Shown here piece by piece: positions 37,655 through 49,267 of a DNA stretch of 64,000 nt; position 1 is the stretch's first letter; every line of letters starts with the position of its first letter. A model generated the notes under the pieces. It was not told the origin of the DNA, did not search any database, and saw only the letters and a list, made by a program, of their open reading frames with translations. A program made the translations under genes and the position numbers. The DNA is taken from positions 7,068,001 to 7,132,000 of the forward strand of contig CM120647.1 of the NCBI GenBank assembly GCA_051362555.1, read 5' to 3'. This stretch comes from Lingula anatina (Eukaryota > Animalia > Brachiopoda).

Positions 37655-39300
37655 ACTGTGTACCCGAAAAGAAATATACACACTTGACATTTAATATGGG
37701 ATATTTTTTTTCCAGATCATTTTTCATCAGTTTTTCCTATTTTGCTGGCTGATAAATGAAACTAAGGATTACAATCGTGTTTTAACAACTTTTAATTATC
37801 TATTTGATGTCATTGTGACATCAGTTCATTAATGGAATTCGCCAGTGAAGCAAACAAAAAACACATTGCCTATTCCATGCCATACGACAACCATTAAAAG
37901 AGGTATTTTGGACCTCCATGTTTCCCAAATTATTGTCTGTAAAAGAGTTACACGCTCCACAAAGGACCCTCATGTCAGTGTCTAGTCACAGTAACGGTCG
38001 TTGTTACGTCTGACCTCTTGTGGCTGCTACCAGTGCTTTCAAGAGGCAAGGTATTCCTTGGGATAGGTTTTTAAAGTTCAATCTGGAATAACATTCCAGA
38101 CATCGGTCAAAATCTGTCCAATTTGATCCAGTTTTGTTGTAGGACATGTAGGCCATTGATTCGGCGAGTAATGGCCTACCCACATATTGTCTATGTGCTT
38201 CAAATATGGCGATTTTGATGACCAAGGTAGCTGCCCATTCACTTGCTTCTGTAAGTAATCTGCTATTAAAAGTGCTCTGTGTGAACCGACAACCTTATCG
38301 TACAACCTAAAATTGTTCCTAAGTTGCCCCCTATCAAATTATAGCCGAGTGGTTCCCAGGTTATTTCTTTATTTGATCTGGTTCAGGTTTTCGTCGGTTT
38401 TGGCACCAATGTGGTACCCATTCCAAATACTGACGCTGTTAATGACCTTAATCACTTTAGATGCGGCAAACGCTTCATCGTTGGCCTCTTCTGGATATCT
38501 GTAAACTCTGTTTTGACTGTTGAGCGGAGCAGGTAAAATTTGACCTCAATAAAGAAAGCCACGAGGTTTCAGTGTTCAACCCTGAAACAGTCAGGGTCCC
38601 CAATTCATTAGAGAAAGATACCACGATGTTTTGCTGTTTACAGTGAGTACCTCGGAGGTCTTCTGGTATTCTAACCTGCTAAAACCAATTTGGTGTTCGC
38701 TAAGGGCCTGGAAAATGCGTTTTGGTGGCAATTTTCCCCTCATTCTGAACGTACTGGGTGCTTTTTGTTTAGTTGCAACAGCATATCCCGAAAGACATTG
38801 GGTCCTGTACCCTGGTGGTAAGATTTCAATACATTGGGTGTGGCCTCTGTGTGGGTACATCAGTTTCGCCATTACTCTATAAAACTGTGCGGACCGTTTC
38901 GTTTGGCGCAATTATCTGTCCGGCAATGCCTGTCTTTTTCGCACCATTCTGCCACAGATTAACAAATTTGTGACGCAATGAATAGCTCATTTTACTCACT
39001 GCAAACCCGACCACTTGCATGCAAAAAATTTAATTCATCTATTCAGTAGTTGCCGACATATGGATACTCTTTTTATAGAACCATGCTTTGCCAAAGCCAA
39101 GCTTTGACCTGCCCTACCCAATTAAATCACTGCATATTACATAATGCAGCAGCGCAACAAATCTGGTATTCAGTTAATTGGTAGCAACACAGCTGACTAC
39201 ACACTTATATGAAACCTGAGTTTGTGAAAAAAGAACGCATTTTCACCTAGGCATACCTTCCAAACTAAAATATTCCATATTAAATGTCAAGTCTTCTCCA
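37655..39300 (-). mobile_element. Degenerate Tc1-like transposon
   Basis: Minus-strand HRALLIADYLQKQVNGQLPWSSKSPYLKHIDNMW (compare WPxxSPDLNPIENLW) and LDQIGQILTDVWNVIP. Inverted CTTGACATTTAATATGG / CCATATTAAATGTCAAG near the ends. Confidence 0.8.
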
Positions 39301-39708
39301 TCCAAGTGTACCGCAAACTTTCATAGTCCCATTCGTAACAAGAAAGAAGGCAACAAAGTATAATGATTCGAGATTTGGTCAAACAAGGCAAATGTTGTTA
39401 TATAACCCTACTACCCTAATCATTTGAACAATAATAACTATGTAGCAAATTGTTGCCTGTATTAATGTTATGGCCTCGGGTATATATAGTCTAATTATAT
39501 ATATAACTAGACTAATCATCTTACAAGCTATGAAGTAACGAGTCAGCAGAAATTTTGAGCGAAACATGGAAAGGGAAAGGTGTCGTTTCTCTGTTATTGC
39601 AATTGTATTTCGATGTCTACATTTGTTTCAATTCAAAAAAGATTTTGATAAATAAGCTTCTGTGTAAGATATGAATTGCAATCAAGTCTGACACGTTTAC
39701 ATTTCTAG

Positions 39709-39879
39709 CTGACGATGGCCAGCTTCGACTGATGGACGGTAACGGCTACAACAGCGGCCGTGTGGAGATCAAGTTTGCCGGAATATGGAGGCGCATTTGT
39801 GACTATGGATGGGGAAGCAACGACGCCGCAGTTGTCTGCCGACAGTTGGGATATAGCGGATATGTTAGAGCCGTGACAG
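39709..39879 (+). CDS. SRCR receptor exon: N-terminal half (not in ORF track)
   Basis: TTTCTAG| and |GTAGAA. Encodes [56 protein letters not shown]. Confidence 0.92.
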
Positions 39880-40254
39880 GTAGAACAGCATATCTTTCGT
39901 TTTTATAATTAAAGATGTACAACTTACGGGATTTTCGAGCCTAATATAAGTTGAATATGCTAACTAGTGAAGCCGGGCTTTGCATTTGAATTCCATGTTT
40001 TGTACCATTTCTAATTTTAAAAATAACTCAGCTTTGAAAAAAAGGAATCAGAGTTTATTAAGACCTTGCCTTATGATATATGAGAAGGATACAATCGACA
40101 TTAGAGGGGTGCCATCGCGCTGAATTGCAAAACATTTGTAGCTTTGCAGAATATTTAGAAAATAGAATATGACCAGGCTAGTAATTTTGAATTTGATGAA
40201 GGGACGTGTACGAACTTTTGGGATTTTGCCTCCATGTACGTTCCTTTATAGCAG

Positions 40255-40700
40255 TTTTTATGTACAGACACAGATGTGTCTGTACATATTGCCATTACCT
40301 GCGTCTGTCGTCGCCGTCGTCGCCGATGCCGATGCCGATGCCGATGGCGATGCCGTCGCCGTGCACTTTCACTATAAACACGATAATTGGAACACAGTTT
40401 TATTTTTTGATTTTATATTTACTGAGCTGATGATCGAAAATCAGCATGATCGGGCCATTATAGTACAAGTTATGCTGTTTTTTCACTTTTCAGCATATTT
40501 TCACTTTTCAGCATATATGCAACACTGTTAACACATTTTAAGGAAAACCGTTAGGCCTGTTGTCATGAAACTCACAGGAGTAATCAATCTTACTAAAACG
40601 CAGGTCAAGTTCGAAAATCGGCATGATCGGGCCACTATTTTAGTAGTTATACTGTTTTTTCATTTTTCAGCATATATGCAACACTGTTAACACATTATAA
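40255..40700 (+). mobile_element. Helentron/DINE-1-like non-autonomous element, + copy
   Basis: TTTTT, then a 12-bp-stem hairpin ATGTACAGACAC-AGAT-GTGTCTGTACAT, a (GTCGCC/GCCGAT)n microsatellite and tandem core repeats. Confidence 0.7.
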
Positions 40701-40899
40701 GAACAAGGCAGCAAAGCTGTCAAATGTACAGACAAAAAGCAGGAAATAACAAAATAGGCTACTGTCAATTCTGATGCAAAAGTACATTATGTTAAACTGC
40801 AAATTGAACATCAAATTTTAATTATGCTCAACAGGTAATACCAATGTAAGTAAAATGTGAAACAAGTATAAGGCTTCAGGCCCATGGGAGTTCAAGTTC

Positions 40900-42497
40900 A
40901 CACTTTGAAAATGTAAAACTTCCAGAAAAAGAAGTCAATTAGACTGCTTTTCCAACTCAGACTGCATTTTAGTCCTGTATTTCTTTTTTGAAAGTTTGGC
41001 AATCATTAGTAACATGGTTTTCCCATAATGGTCATCATGGCAGCAGCACCCAAAATTGTGTTTTCTTCTATTCTGATGCAATATTACATAATGGTTAACA
41101 GCATAATGACAATCAATTTTTAATAACAAAATATATGTATCATGGATTTTCAGAAAATGTGACTAGCCTGGGTCTTCAAGCCTGTGGAACTTCAAAGTCA
41201 CACCTTGAAAATGCCAATATGTGAAAAATTAAATTTTCACAAAAAAACTGTTTAACTGGCAGATTGCATTGCCTACTGAAGCTGTATTTTAGTTCCATGT
41301 TTCTTTCCTGTAAGCACAGTAAGTGACATGGTTTTTCTTAAAAGGTAATCATGGGAGCAGTGCCCAAAATTGTTTTTTTCAAATTTTGATGCAATATTAC
41401 ATAATGTTTAACAGCATAATGACCATCAATTTTTAATAATAAAATATTAGTATCATGGATATTCAGAAAATGTGACTAGCAAAGGTCTTCAGGCCCATGG
41501 AACTTCAAAGTCACAACTTGAAAATGCCAAAATGTAAACAAGACAGCACTGTTCTGAAATGTTTTTTCCCCATTTTTAACAATTTTTAACATAAAATAAA
41601 ATTAACAGTTTACTGCCATTTTTATATGATCAACTAAGAAAATTGATGAGATGAGAAAAATATCAATAGAGCAGTGTTAAATGTCCAGTTTCTTCCATTC
41701 TGAGATTCTGAACATAGTGAATGATTGAATCTGACAAACTGCAATGATATGAGTTTATTTCCATTTTTGAAACTTTATTACACAATACACGATAACATGT
41801 TTACCATCATTTTTACAAAATCAACTAACAATGTTGTAAAGATGCAGGAAATGTCAAACAAACACTTTCACGTATCTTATTAGTTTAATAATGAGACTGT
41901 TAACATGCCTAAAAACTGAATCTGAGGAAATGTGAAAAAACAGCATACCTTCAAAAATAATGGCCCGATTATGCTGATTTACGAACTCAACCTGCATTTT
42001 AGTTAAATTGACCACTCCTGTGACTTTCATGACAATTGGCCCATCTGTTTTTCTTATATTGTGTTTACAGTGTTGCATATATGCTGAAAAGTGTAAGAAA
42101 CAGCATAACTAGTAAAATAGTGGCCCGATCATGCCGATTTTTGAACTTGACCTGCGTTTTAGTAAGATTGATTACTCCTGTGAGTTTCATGACAACAGGC
42201 CTATCGGTTTTCCTTGAAATGTGTTAACAGTGTTGCATATATGCTAAAAAGTGAAAAAACAGCATAAATTCTACAATAATGGCCTGATCATGCTGATTTT
42301 CGAACTTGACCTGCGTTTTATGAATATTAGTCAGCTCTGTAAATATAAAGCCAAAAAGTAAAACTGTCTTCCACTTATGGTGTTAACGCTGAAAGTGCAC
42401 GGCGACGGCGACGGCGACATGATCGGCGACGGCGACGGCGACGACAGACGCAGGTGATGGCAATATGTACAGACACATCTGTGTCTGTACATAAAAA
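40900..42497 (-). mobile_element. Helentron/DINE-1-like non-autonomous element, - copy
   Basis: Reverse complement of the 40255 head lies at 42380-42497, followed (on minus) by core repeats and sequence homologous to 22960-23600. Confidence 0.7.
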
Positions 42498-42747
42498 CAG
42501 ATAGGCCAATTGCCATTAAACTCAACGGAGTGGTCAGTCTTACTAAAACGCAGGTTGAGTTTGAAAATCAGCATAATCGGGGCATTATTTTAGAAGTTAT
42601 GCTGTTTTTTCACATTTCCTAAGATACAACTCTTAGGCATGTTAACAGTCTCATTATTGCACTAATAAGATACGTAAAAGTATATACGTATATATATTAC
42701 TGCGGTAAGGGTGACACTTTTGTTTATTGCTCAATTCGACAATTCAG

Positions 42748-42912
42748 ATTGGACCCAAAACAGCAGTGGCCCTTTTTGGCTGCTGAATGTTAGTTGTCTA
42801 GGAGCAGAAGTTAACATCACAGATTGTCCACATGACGGAATAGGGTATTCCACACATCAATGTGACTTACACAGTTATGATGACGCTGGTGTCTATTGTC
42901 AGGGATACTTAC
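42748..42912 (+). CDS. SRCR receptor exon: C-terminal half of last SRCR domain
   Basis: AATTCAG| and |GTAAGT. Encodes WTQNSSGPFWLLNVSCLGAEVNITDCPHDGIGYSTHQCDLHSYDDAGVYCQGYL. Confidence 0.93.
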
Positions 42913-42974
42913 GTAAGTATATAAATAAATAAAGTATATATAAACGCTTATTTGTCGGTCGGCTGGTGTAAAAC

Positions 42975-43205
42975 GAATGCGTGTCCCCCAGGAGAACTAC
43001 CCAATTAAATCACTGTATATTGTATAATGTAGCAGTGCAACATAAATGGTAGTCAATTAACCAGTAGCATCACACCTGATTACGCAATTGTCCATTTACA
43101 TTTCTTATCTGGGTTTGGATTTTTTTTAATGACTGCATTTTAACCTAGGCATACATCTGAAATTGAGATATTTAAAATATTTCGTTAAAACTGTCAAGTC
43201 TGTAG
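42975..43205. mobile_element. Solo terminal fragment of the Tc1-like family at 37655/61855
   Basis: CTACCCAATTAAATCACTG..CCTAGGCATAC..TGTCAAGTCTG-TA matches 39114-39295 and 63317-63516. Confidence 0.7.
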
Positions 43206-43330
43206 TGTTACTGAACGGAAGTAAATACTTCGTAAAAATGAACGCTGTGAAAATGCCTGGTGAAAAAGTGCGATATCTGAAAGTGTATATCAAAACTAAT
43301 CATTGACAATTACAATCCATTTTCTACCAG

Positions 43331-44079
43331 CGGGTGTCACTTTCCCAAATACAGCCACCACCACATCGAACACAACGACCACACCGACCACAACGACACC
43401 AACCACAACGACCACACGGACCACAACGACCACACCGACCACACCGAGCACACCGACCACAACGACCACAACGACCACACCGATCACAACGACCACAACG
43501 ACCACACCGACCAAACCGATCACACGGAACACATCGAGCACAACGACCACACCGACCACACCGAGCACACGGAACACACCGAGCACACGGAACACACCGA
43601 GCACACCGACCACACCGATCACAACGACCACAACGACCACACCGATCACAACGACCACAACGACCACACCGACCACACCGAGCACACGGACCACACCGAC
43701 TACACCGATCACAACGACCACACGGACCACACCGACCACACCGAGCACACGGACCACACCGACCATACCGACCACACCGATCACAACGACCACAACGACC
43801 ACACCGACCACACCGAGCACACGGACCACACCGACCACACCGATCACACGGATCACACCGAGCACACCGACCACACCGATCACAACGACCACAACGACCA
43901 CACCGACCAAACCGATCACACGGAACACACCGAGCACAACGACCACACCGACCACACCGAGCACACGGAACACACCGAGCACACCGACCACACCGATCAC
44001 AACGACCACACGGACCACACCGACCACACCGAGCTCATGGACCACAACGATCACATCGAACACAACAACCATCGTTGCA
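43331..44079 (+). CDS. Mucin-like Thr/Pro-rich stalk exon (~250 aa)
   Basis: CTACCAG| phase 1 to |GTAAGT phase 0. Encodes [23 protein letters not shown]...[15 protein letters not shown], built of 9-nt units. Confidence 0.92.
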
Positions 44080-44724
44080 GTAAGTCATACTAGAACGAAT
44101 ACAGAACAAGTTGATCTGCAGACTGACATATTCTTGGACTAAATATGACCGACCCACATTAAAATCGGCTCCGCTAATGCACTAGCTGTTGGTGTCCCCG
44201 TCTCCACAAGAGTTTTTATACATCGGAGTCGAAATTTAACCCTTTTAGTGGCCTGTATGAGGGTGGGGAGATCCTCAGGGAATAAGGTGACATGTTTTTA
44301 AGCAGGGTCGGTCAGTTAGTCTGTAGATCATATGTTATGAATGCGGTCTTAATTGATTTCACCGTTGCATTTTTGATTCAGCCATGTTTTATGTGCTATT
44401 CGGAGGACTCGTATTCGACATTTCAACATATTTACTTCGTGAGACAGATAACCGCACTGTATATACAAACACTACTCCATTCATATGTACGGAGGGGCTT
44501 TCAATAAAACAGTATCATTTGTGTTATCAAACCATTTTTCAATCCAAAATATGTTATTTTGTTAATAGCTTGCAGTCAGACCTCATCAGGGCATGGACTT
44601 TATTATCGCCTTTGTATTGACTGGCAAAACACATATTCATATCTTTTATATAATTTTTGACAAAATAAATGTATTGATTTTTAAACTTTTAGTGGGCACT
44701 TAAATATGTGATATTTCATTTCAG

Positions 44725-44826
44725 AGAGGACCTACATGCTATTCGTGCTCCGGCATCCAGTGTTCCAAATCACAGAGCATTTTGCTTTCCTATTCTTTGG
44801 CATGTTCTTATGGATATGTGTGCTAC
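44725..44826 (+). CDS. Ly6/uPAR (three-finger) domain, first exon
   Basis: TTTCAG| and |GTGAGT, phase 0-0. Encodes RGPTCYSCSGIQCSKSQSILLSYSLACSYGYVCY. Confidence 0.85.
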
Positions 44827-44842
44827 GTGAGTCTCTCTCCCC

Positions 44843-44881
<39 letters not shown>

Positions 44882-45036
44882 GTTTGCACATACACACACA
44901 TACATACACACATGCACGTTATGAGTACAGCATATGTACATCATTTGTGCATGCGCAGACAAAAGCACAAATGATGTTATTTTTTTGTATGTTGGATAAA
45001 TGTCATTGTGATATGGACAAACGTATTTATTTGCAG

Positions 45037-45333
45037 ACCTCGGCCTCGGCCTACGAAAGTTACAGTCTGTTCTACAGTTCTTCCACCATTGCCTACAGCT
45101 ACAGCCGCGGGTGCAGGCGTCTGTCATCTTGTACCAGTCAGGAACTCCAGGGGAATACATGCACGGGAACTAGGACCAGTAAAGTATGTAGGCAGTGCTG
45201 CACTACTAACTACTGTAACAATGGCACACTGGATACGTCCCAAAGCAGCGCCAACAACAGAGGATCCGGTCCAAGGAGTGCTTGGTTTGACGTCCTCTAC
45301 GCGTTTTTGTTCTTTATCTTTGCTTGGAATTAA
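45037..45333 (+). CDS. Terminal exon: rest of Ly6/uPAR domain plus GPI-anchor-type signal
   Basis: TTGCAG| phase 0. Encodes ..YSRGCRRLSSCTSQELQGNTCTGTRTSKVCRQCCTTNYCNNG..SQSSANNRGSGPRSAWFDVLYAFLFFIFAWN*. Shows the CCxxxxCN signature and a hydrophobic terminus with no cytoplasmic tail. Confidence 0.88.
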   Translation, partial: TSASAYESYSLFYSSSTIAYSYSRGCRRLSSCTSQELQGNTCTGTRTSKVCRQCCTTNYCNNGTLDTSQSSANNRGSGPRSAWFDVLYAFLFFIFAWN

Positions 45334-45524
45334 AGCCACAGTGTGCCCGCTTTACACCCTACTGTGACAGCAAACTCAAACAGTTTTAACTCTGGTACAG
45401 ATTTATTGTGGAATATTATATTCAGAACTATTGACAGAATTACAATATTAAAAGTCGAAGTTGGGTGTATATGTGCTGTAAAGTTAAAGGGATAATAACT
45501 CTTCGTGTGAGATCTATATTTCAC

Positions 45525-45530
45525 AATAAA
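45525..45530 (+). terminator. Candidate polyadenylation signal
   Basis: AATAAA ~190 nt after the stop codon. AT-rich context, so weak on its own. Confidence 0.5.
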
Positions 45531-47296
45531 AACATTGTGAATAACTCATAGAAATATAATATATTCTGTTTTACCACAAAAAAGGCAGTTATAGCTATTA
45601 TTCTGATATCTGAGTTTGTTTTTAGAAAAAAAACTTAAAAAAAAAGAAAAACAGGGACTAACTTTGAATGTAAAAATGGATTCATTAGTCATTAGTAAGT
45701 ATGGGGAAAATTGTTGTTTACTCCAGGAAAATCCATTTTTTGACCAAAACGAAGAGTTATTATCCCTTTAATAACTTCCGCTTACACTAATTACAATTAG
45801 TAATAAAAGGGAAATCATCTAAGGCATTGAGTGTAAATTAAGTTTCATCAAGAGTCAACAATTGTAGAACATGTTTTTAGTGTCAGAAAAAGATGGAAAA
45901 GGTCAAAGCCAGTTACCGTCTATGTGATTGGTTAATTTCAAAACAGATTTTAATTTCGACCAACTGTTTATCACATGATAACTGAGTTTTGGATATTGCT
46001 CAAGTATGAGTAATGCAAATAGTATTTTTAATAAGTTTAGTTGAAAACTAGGCTCTTAGACATTGCTAACGATTGGATTTAGAATGTTGCTATATGAGGT
46101 GGGTGGTTGAGGGTCGATGATTAAGAAAGCTAGCTCTTGCCTGTTGTAGAATATCTAACAGTAAATAAGAGCAGCTTGCTACTCAAATAAAGAAACTCTG
46201 TGATGCGATTTTTCCGCTTTCCTTTATTTTTAAAAACAGAGAAAATCACTGAGGCTATGGGAATCACGTGAACTACTGGGCCTGCTGCCCCTAGTTGCCG
46301 CCATTTCTGAAACACCCAATAGAACATCAGGATGATGGAAGGGTATTCAGTACAATAGTTTATTTAAGCTTTTATCACATGCTGGTTATTTCGGTAACGA
46401 TAGTCCGAAGATTCTACAATTCGCACCGCCCTAATCGCAGACTGACCCAATGTGGAATTTGAAATTTGGAACTAACCGCTAGATGTACCGGTAGTTCAAG
46501 AAGAGTTTTGGTCATTTATAAAAAAAGGTCTTCAAAACAGCATATAATGTTTTAACAGTATGTTATAAAACGCTCATAAAACTCCACAAGATGCGCATGA
46601 CATTATCATAAAGTTATGTAGAAACAGTCTTCGAATCTTTACAATTATTATAAGGTTACCACAATGTTTTGTTAGCTCGGACATTATTTTGCATGGAATG
46701 TTTCGAATGCTGTTGGAATGCCGTGAGAATATTTAGAATGCAGTCATAGTGCAGTTAGAATACTATTCAGATGAAATTCGATAATTTTCCACTTGGAATG
46801 AATTTCGAAAGTTTTTAACATGAGCAAAACATTCGGGCCAGCTACAAGAATGGGTAAAAATATTTGGAATGCACTCGGAATTTTTAAAATGTTCTTCGAA
46901 TATCCATATATATATATATAACAACGTCAACCTTCGGGTTGCAATATTTCAATAAAGATTATTATTATTATTATTATTTAATTATCTCTTTGGCCATTAA
47001 TTTTATTTGCAGTAGCACATTGAAATAATTATGAATATGAAAGTAATCACACAGTTGCATCACTGCCCTGCCAGATAAACACTACGTAGTCACTTGAACA
47101 GTTGTTATTTACTGTCAAAGTAGTAAACGTTGTCTCATAATACCAGTTGATTAAAACCACACATTTCCATCACTCAACATGAATAGGTAGATTATACATT
47201 TAACTGAATCCAGTAGATTGTTTGAACCACTCAAATCAGTACAGATTAACCGTTTTGGTCAGTTACCAGTAACTCATTGAAAGCAGTCGTATAGGC

Positions 47297-48676
47297 ATGT
47301 AAGTGTGAGATAATACACTGTCACCCGAGCGATATATGCCATAACACCTCGAGCGTCAGCGAGAGGTGTTCATGGCATATATCGCGAGAGGGTGACAGTG
47401 TATTATTTGACATACATACCGAGAAAAAATACAGTCATTTCATCCTAAAACACCCCTAAAACCGAATAAAGTGACCCTATATCACGCTCTAGAGATGTTA
47501 TACAGAATAAACTCGTCCACGTGCGCTGGTCACCTCCCGCCAAATTCTTACGTAATATCTGACCAATTTGGTCAATTTTTGCTAAATACTTGTCGTCGAC
47601 ATTCAACTGTCTTGAGAAGTATTTAATCAACCGTCGACACTGACCATGCACGTCTCAGCTGAGCCACACCTAGCTGGGACTGCTGCGGAAACAAGGTCCC
47701 AAGGCAAAACCTCTACTTTTTAGTGACATTTCTGACAAAAAAGGAGCGTTGGACCGAAATATAGTCAAACTAATTTTTCAGAAGTGAAAAGGAGAAAGAA
47801 ATTTACTTTTTGGTGATATTTCTGACAACGAGGCAGTTTCGGAATATATTCAAAATCGACGGATGTTTATTACAAGTTCACGGGAGTAATAATTCTAGTT
47901 TTTTCTTATTATTTCTGACGACGAGGCGGTTACGGAATATAGTCAAAATCAAACGGATGTTCATTTCAAGTCCACAGGAGTAATAATTCTACGTTTTGGT
48001 GACATTTTATTACTACGAGGCGGTTTCGGAATATTCATGTGCTGGTTTTCAGAGCATTCATGTGCTACATGTAATTACAAGTTCAAAGGGGGAATACATT
48101 TGATTTTTACCGATATATCTCATAAAGAGGAAGAATGAACAGCTTAAAAACAAAAGGTAAATAACACAACCCTCGTTAAAAAGTTATAGATTTACAAATA
48201 ATTTGTATGCACGTGTGGCTTAAATGTAAACTAATTCCCGTTTTCAAACCATACCCATATGATATGACTTAGTGTAATAAAATGATAAATAATAATTGTT
48301 AAACGTGAAAAGGTTATGCTAATTTTTTAAGAGCGTGAGAGATTTTAAATTTGTCTACTGGTACATGTAGGTATATAACGCAAGCAACGTCACTGTTCTC
48401 TTGATGCCAAGAAGGTCACATGATCACTCTGTTTTTGGCTTCCAGCATTTTAAGAGACCTCGACTGATTTAACCAAGATGTAGTCGTGAAATTCTAGACT
48501 ACATCGAGGTTAAATCCAAGTTTTCCGAGAGACGCTACACAGAAATGTCGAGTGAAGCGAGACATTTTTGGGTAGCGGCTCGAGGTTGCCCTCGATCTTC
48601 ACTGAAGCTTGCCTAAATGGACAGGCTTCAGTGATCATCATATCGCCACGGTCATATAACATCCCTAGGTATGTAA
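47297..48676. mobile_element. Hairpin-ended Crypton-like element, copy B
   Basis: Near-identical to 11190-12536 and bounded by the direct repeat ATGTAA. The homologous empty site is at ~13180. Confidence 0.72.
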
Positions 48677-49031
48677 AATGTTATAATTGAAGTGTTTATA
48701 TCTAAGTGAATGTACTGTTTAAAGTGATCGAAATGTTAACCGTTTGGATTGTTTAAAAGGCCAAATGATTATTTTACAGTTTGGTCCACTGGATATTTAG
48801 TCAGATGCATATTGACCGAGTGAATTGTTTAATATTGAACGCATTTTCGGTTAAGTTTAACTGATCAGTTTTAAAAGTGTGTATAATGGACTCGGACGAA
48901 CGAAACGGGTTCGTTAGACTTAGAGCGTATAAGATTTGAGTGCGCAAGCAAACGTAAGTGTATGTTTGCACACTCAGAGTGAGATTAAATTTTCATAAGT
49001 CTGTGTTTAATTTTTAAACTACACATTGTAG

Positions 49032-49177
49032 GATTCCAGGGACAAGTGCGCCCACCAGTTCCCAAACCCCATGGAGTGTACCGACCGCCCCGGTGACCAT
49101 AGATCCCTGGCCTGAAAATGCCTCCTCGTATTCTATCGATATGGACTGGCAGTGGCAACTGAACACCCCGATTGGAG

Positions 49178-49179
<2 letters not shown>
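49032..49179 (+). pseudogene. Second copy of CUB-like orphan exon (Cys->Trp)
   Basis: IPGTSAPTSSQTPWSVPTAPVTIDPWPENASSYSIDMDWQWQLNTPIGE, with the same AG/GT boundaries as 13546-13693. Confidence 0.45.

Positions 49180-49267
<88 letters not shown>

Noticed and set aside
43296-44083. Val/Gly-rich antisense ORF and His/Arg/Pro-rich alternative-frame ORF
   Set aside because: Shadow frames of the T-poor mucin repeat. Only the Thr/Pro frame matches flanking splice phases.
44782-45333. Single 183-aa ORF as an intronless gene
   Set aside because: It reads through a 210-nt GT-AG intron containing (CT)n/(CA)n. The spliced version gives a coherent LU cysteine pattern.
1428-45333. Assigning DMBT1/CD163/neurotrypsin gene symbols
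   Set aside because: The domains are 6-Cys group A and the C-terminal architecture (mucin-LU-GPI) differs, so orthology is unsupported.
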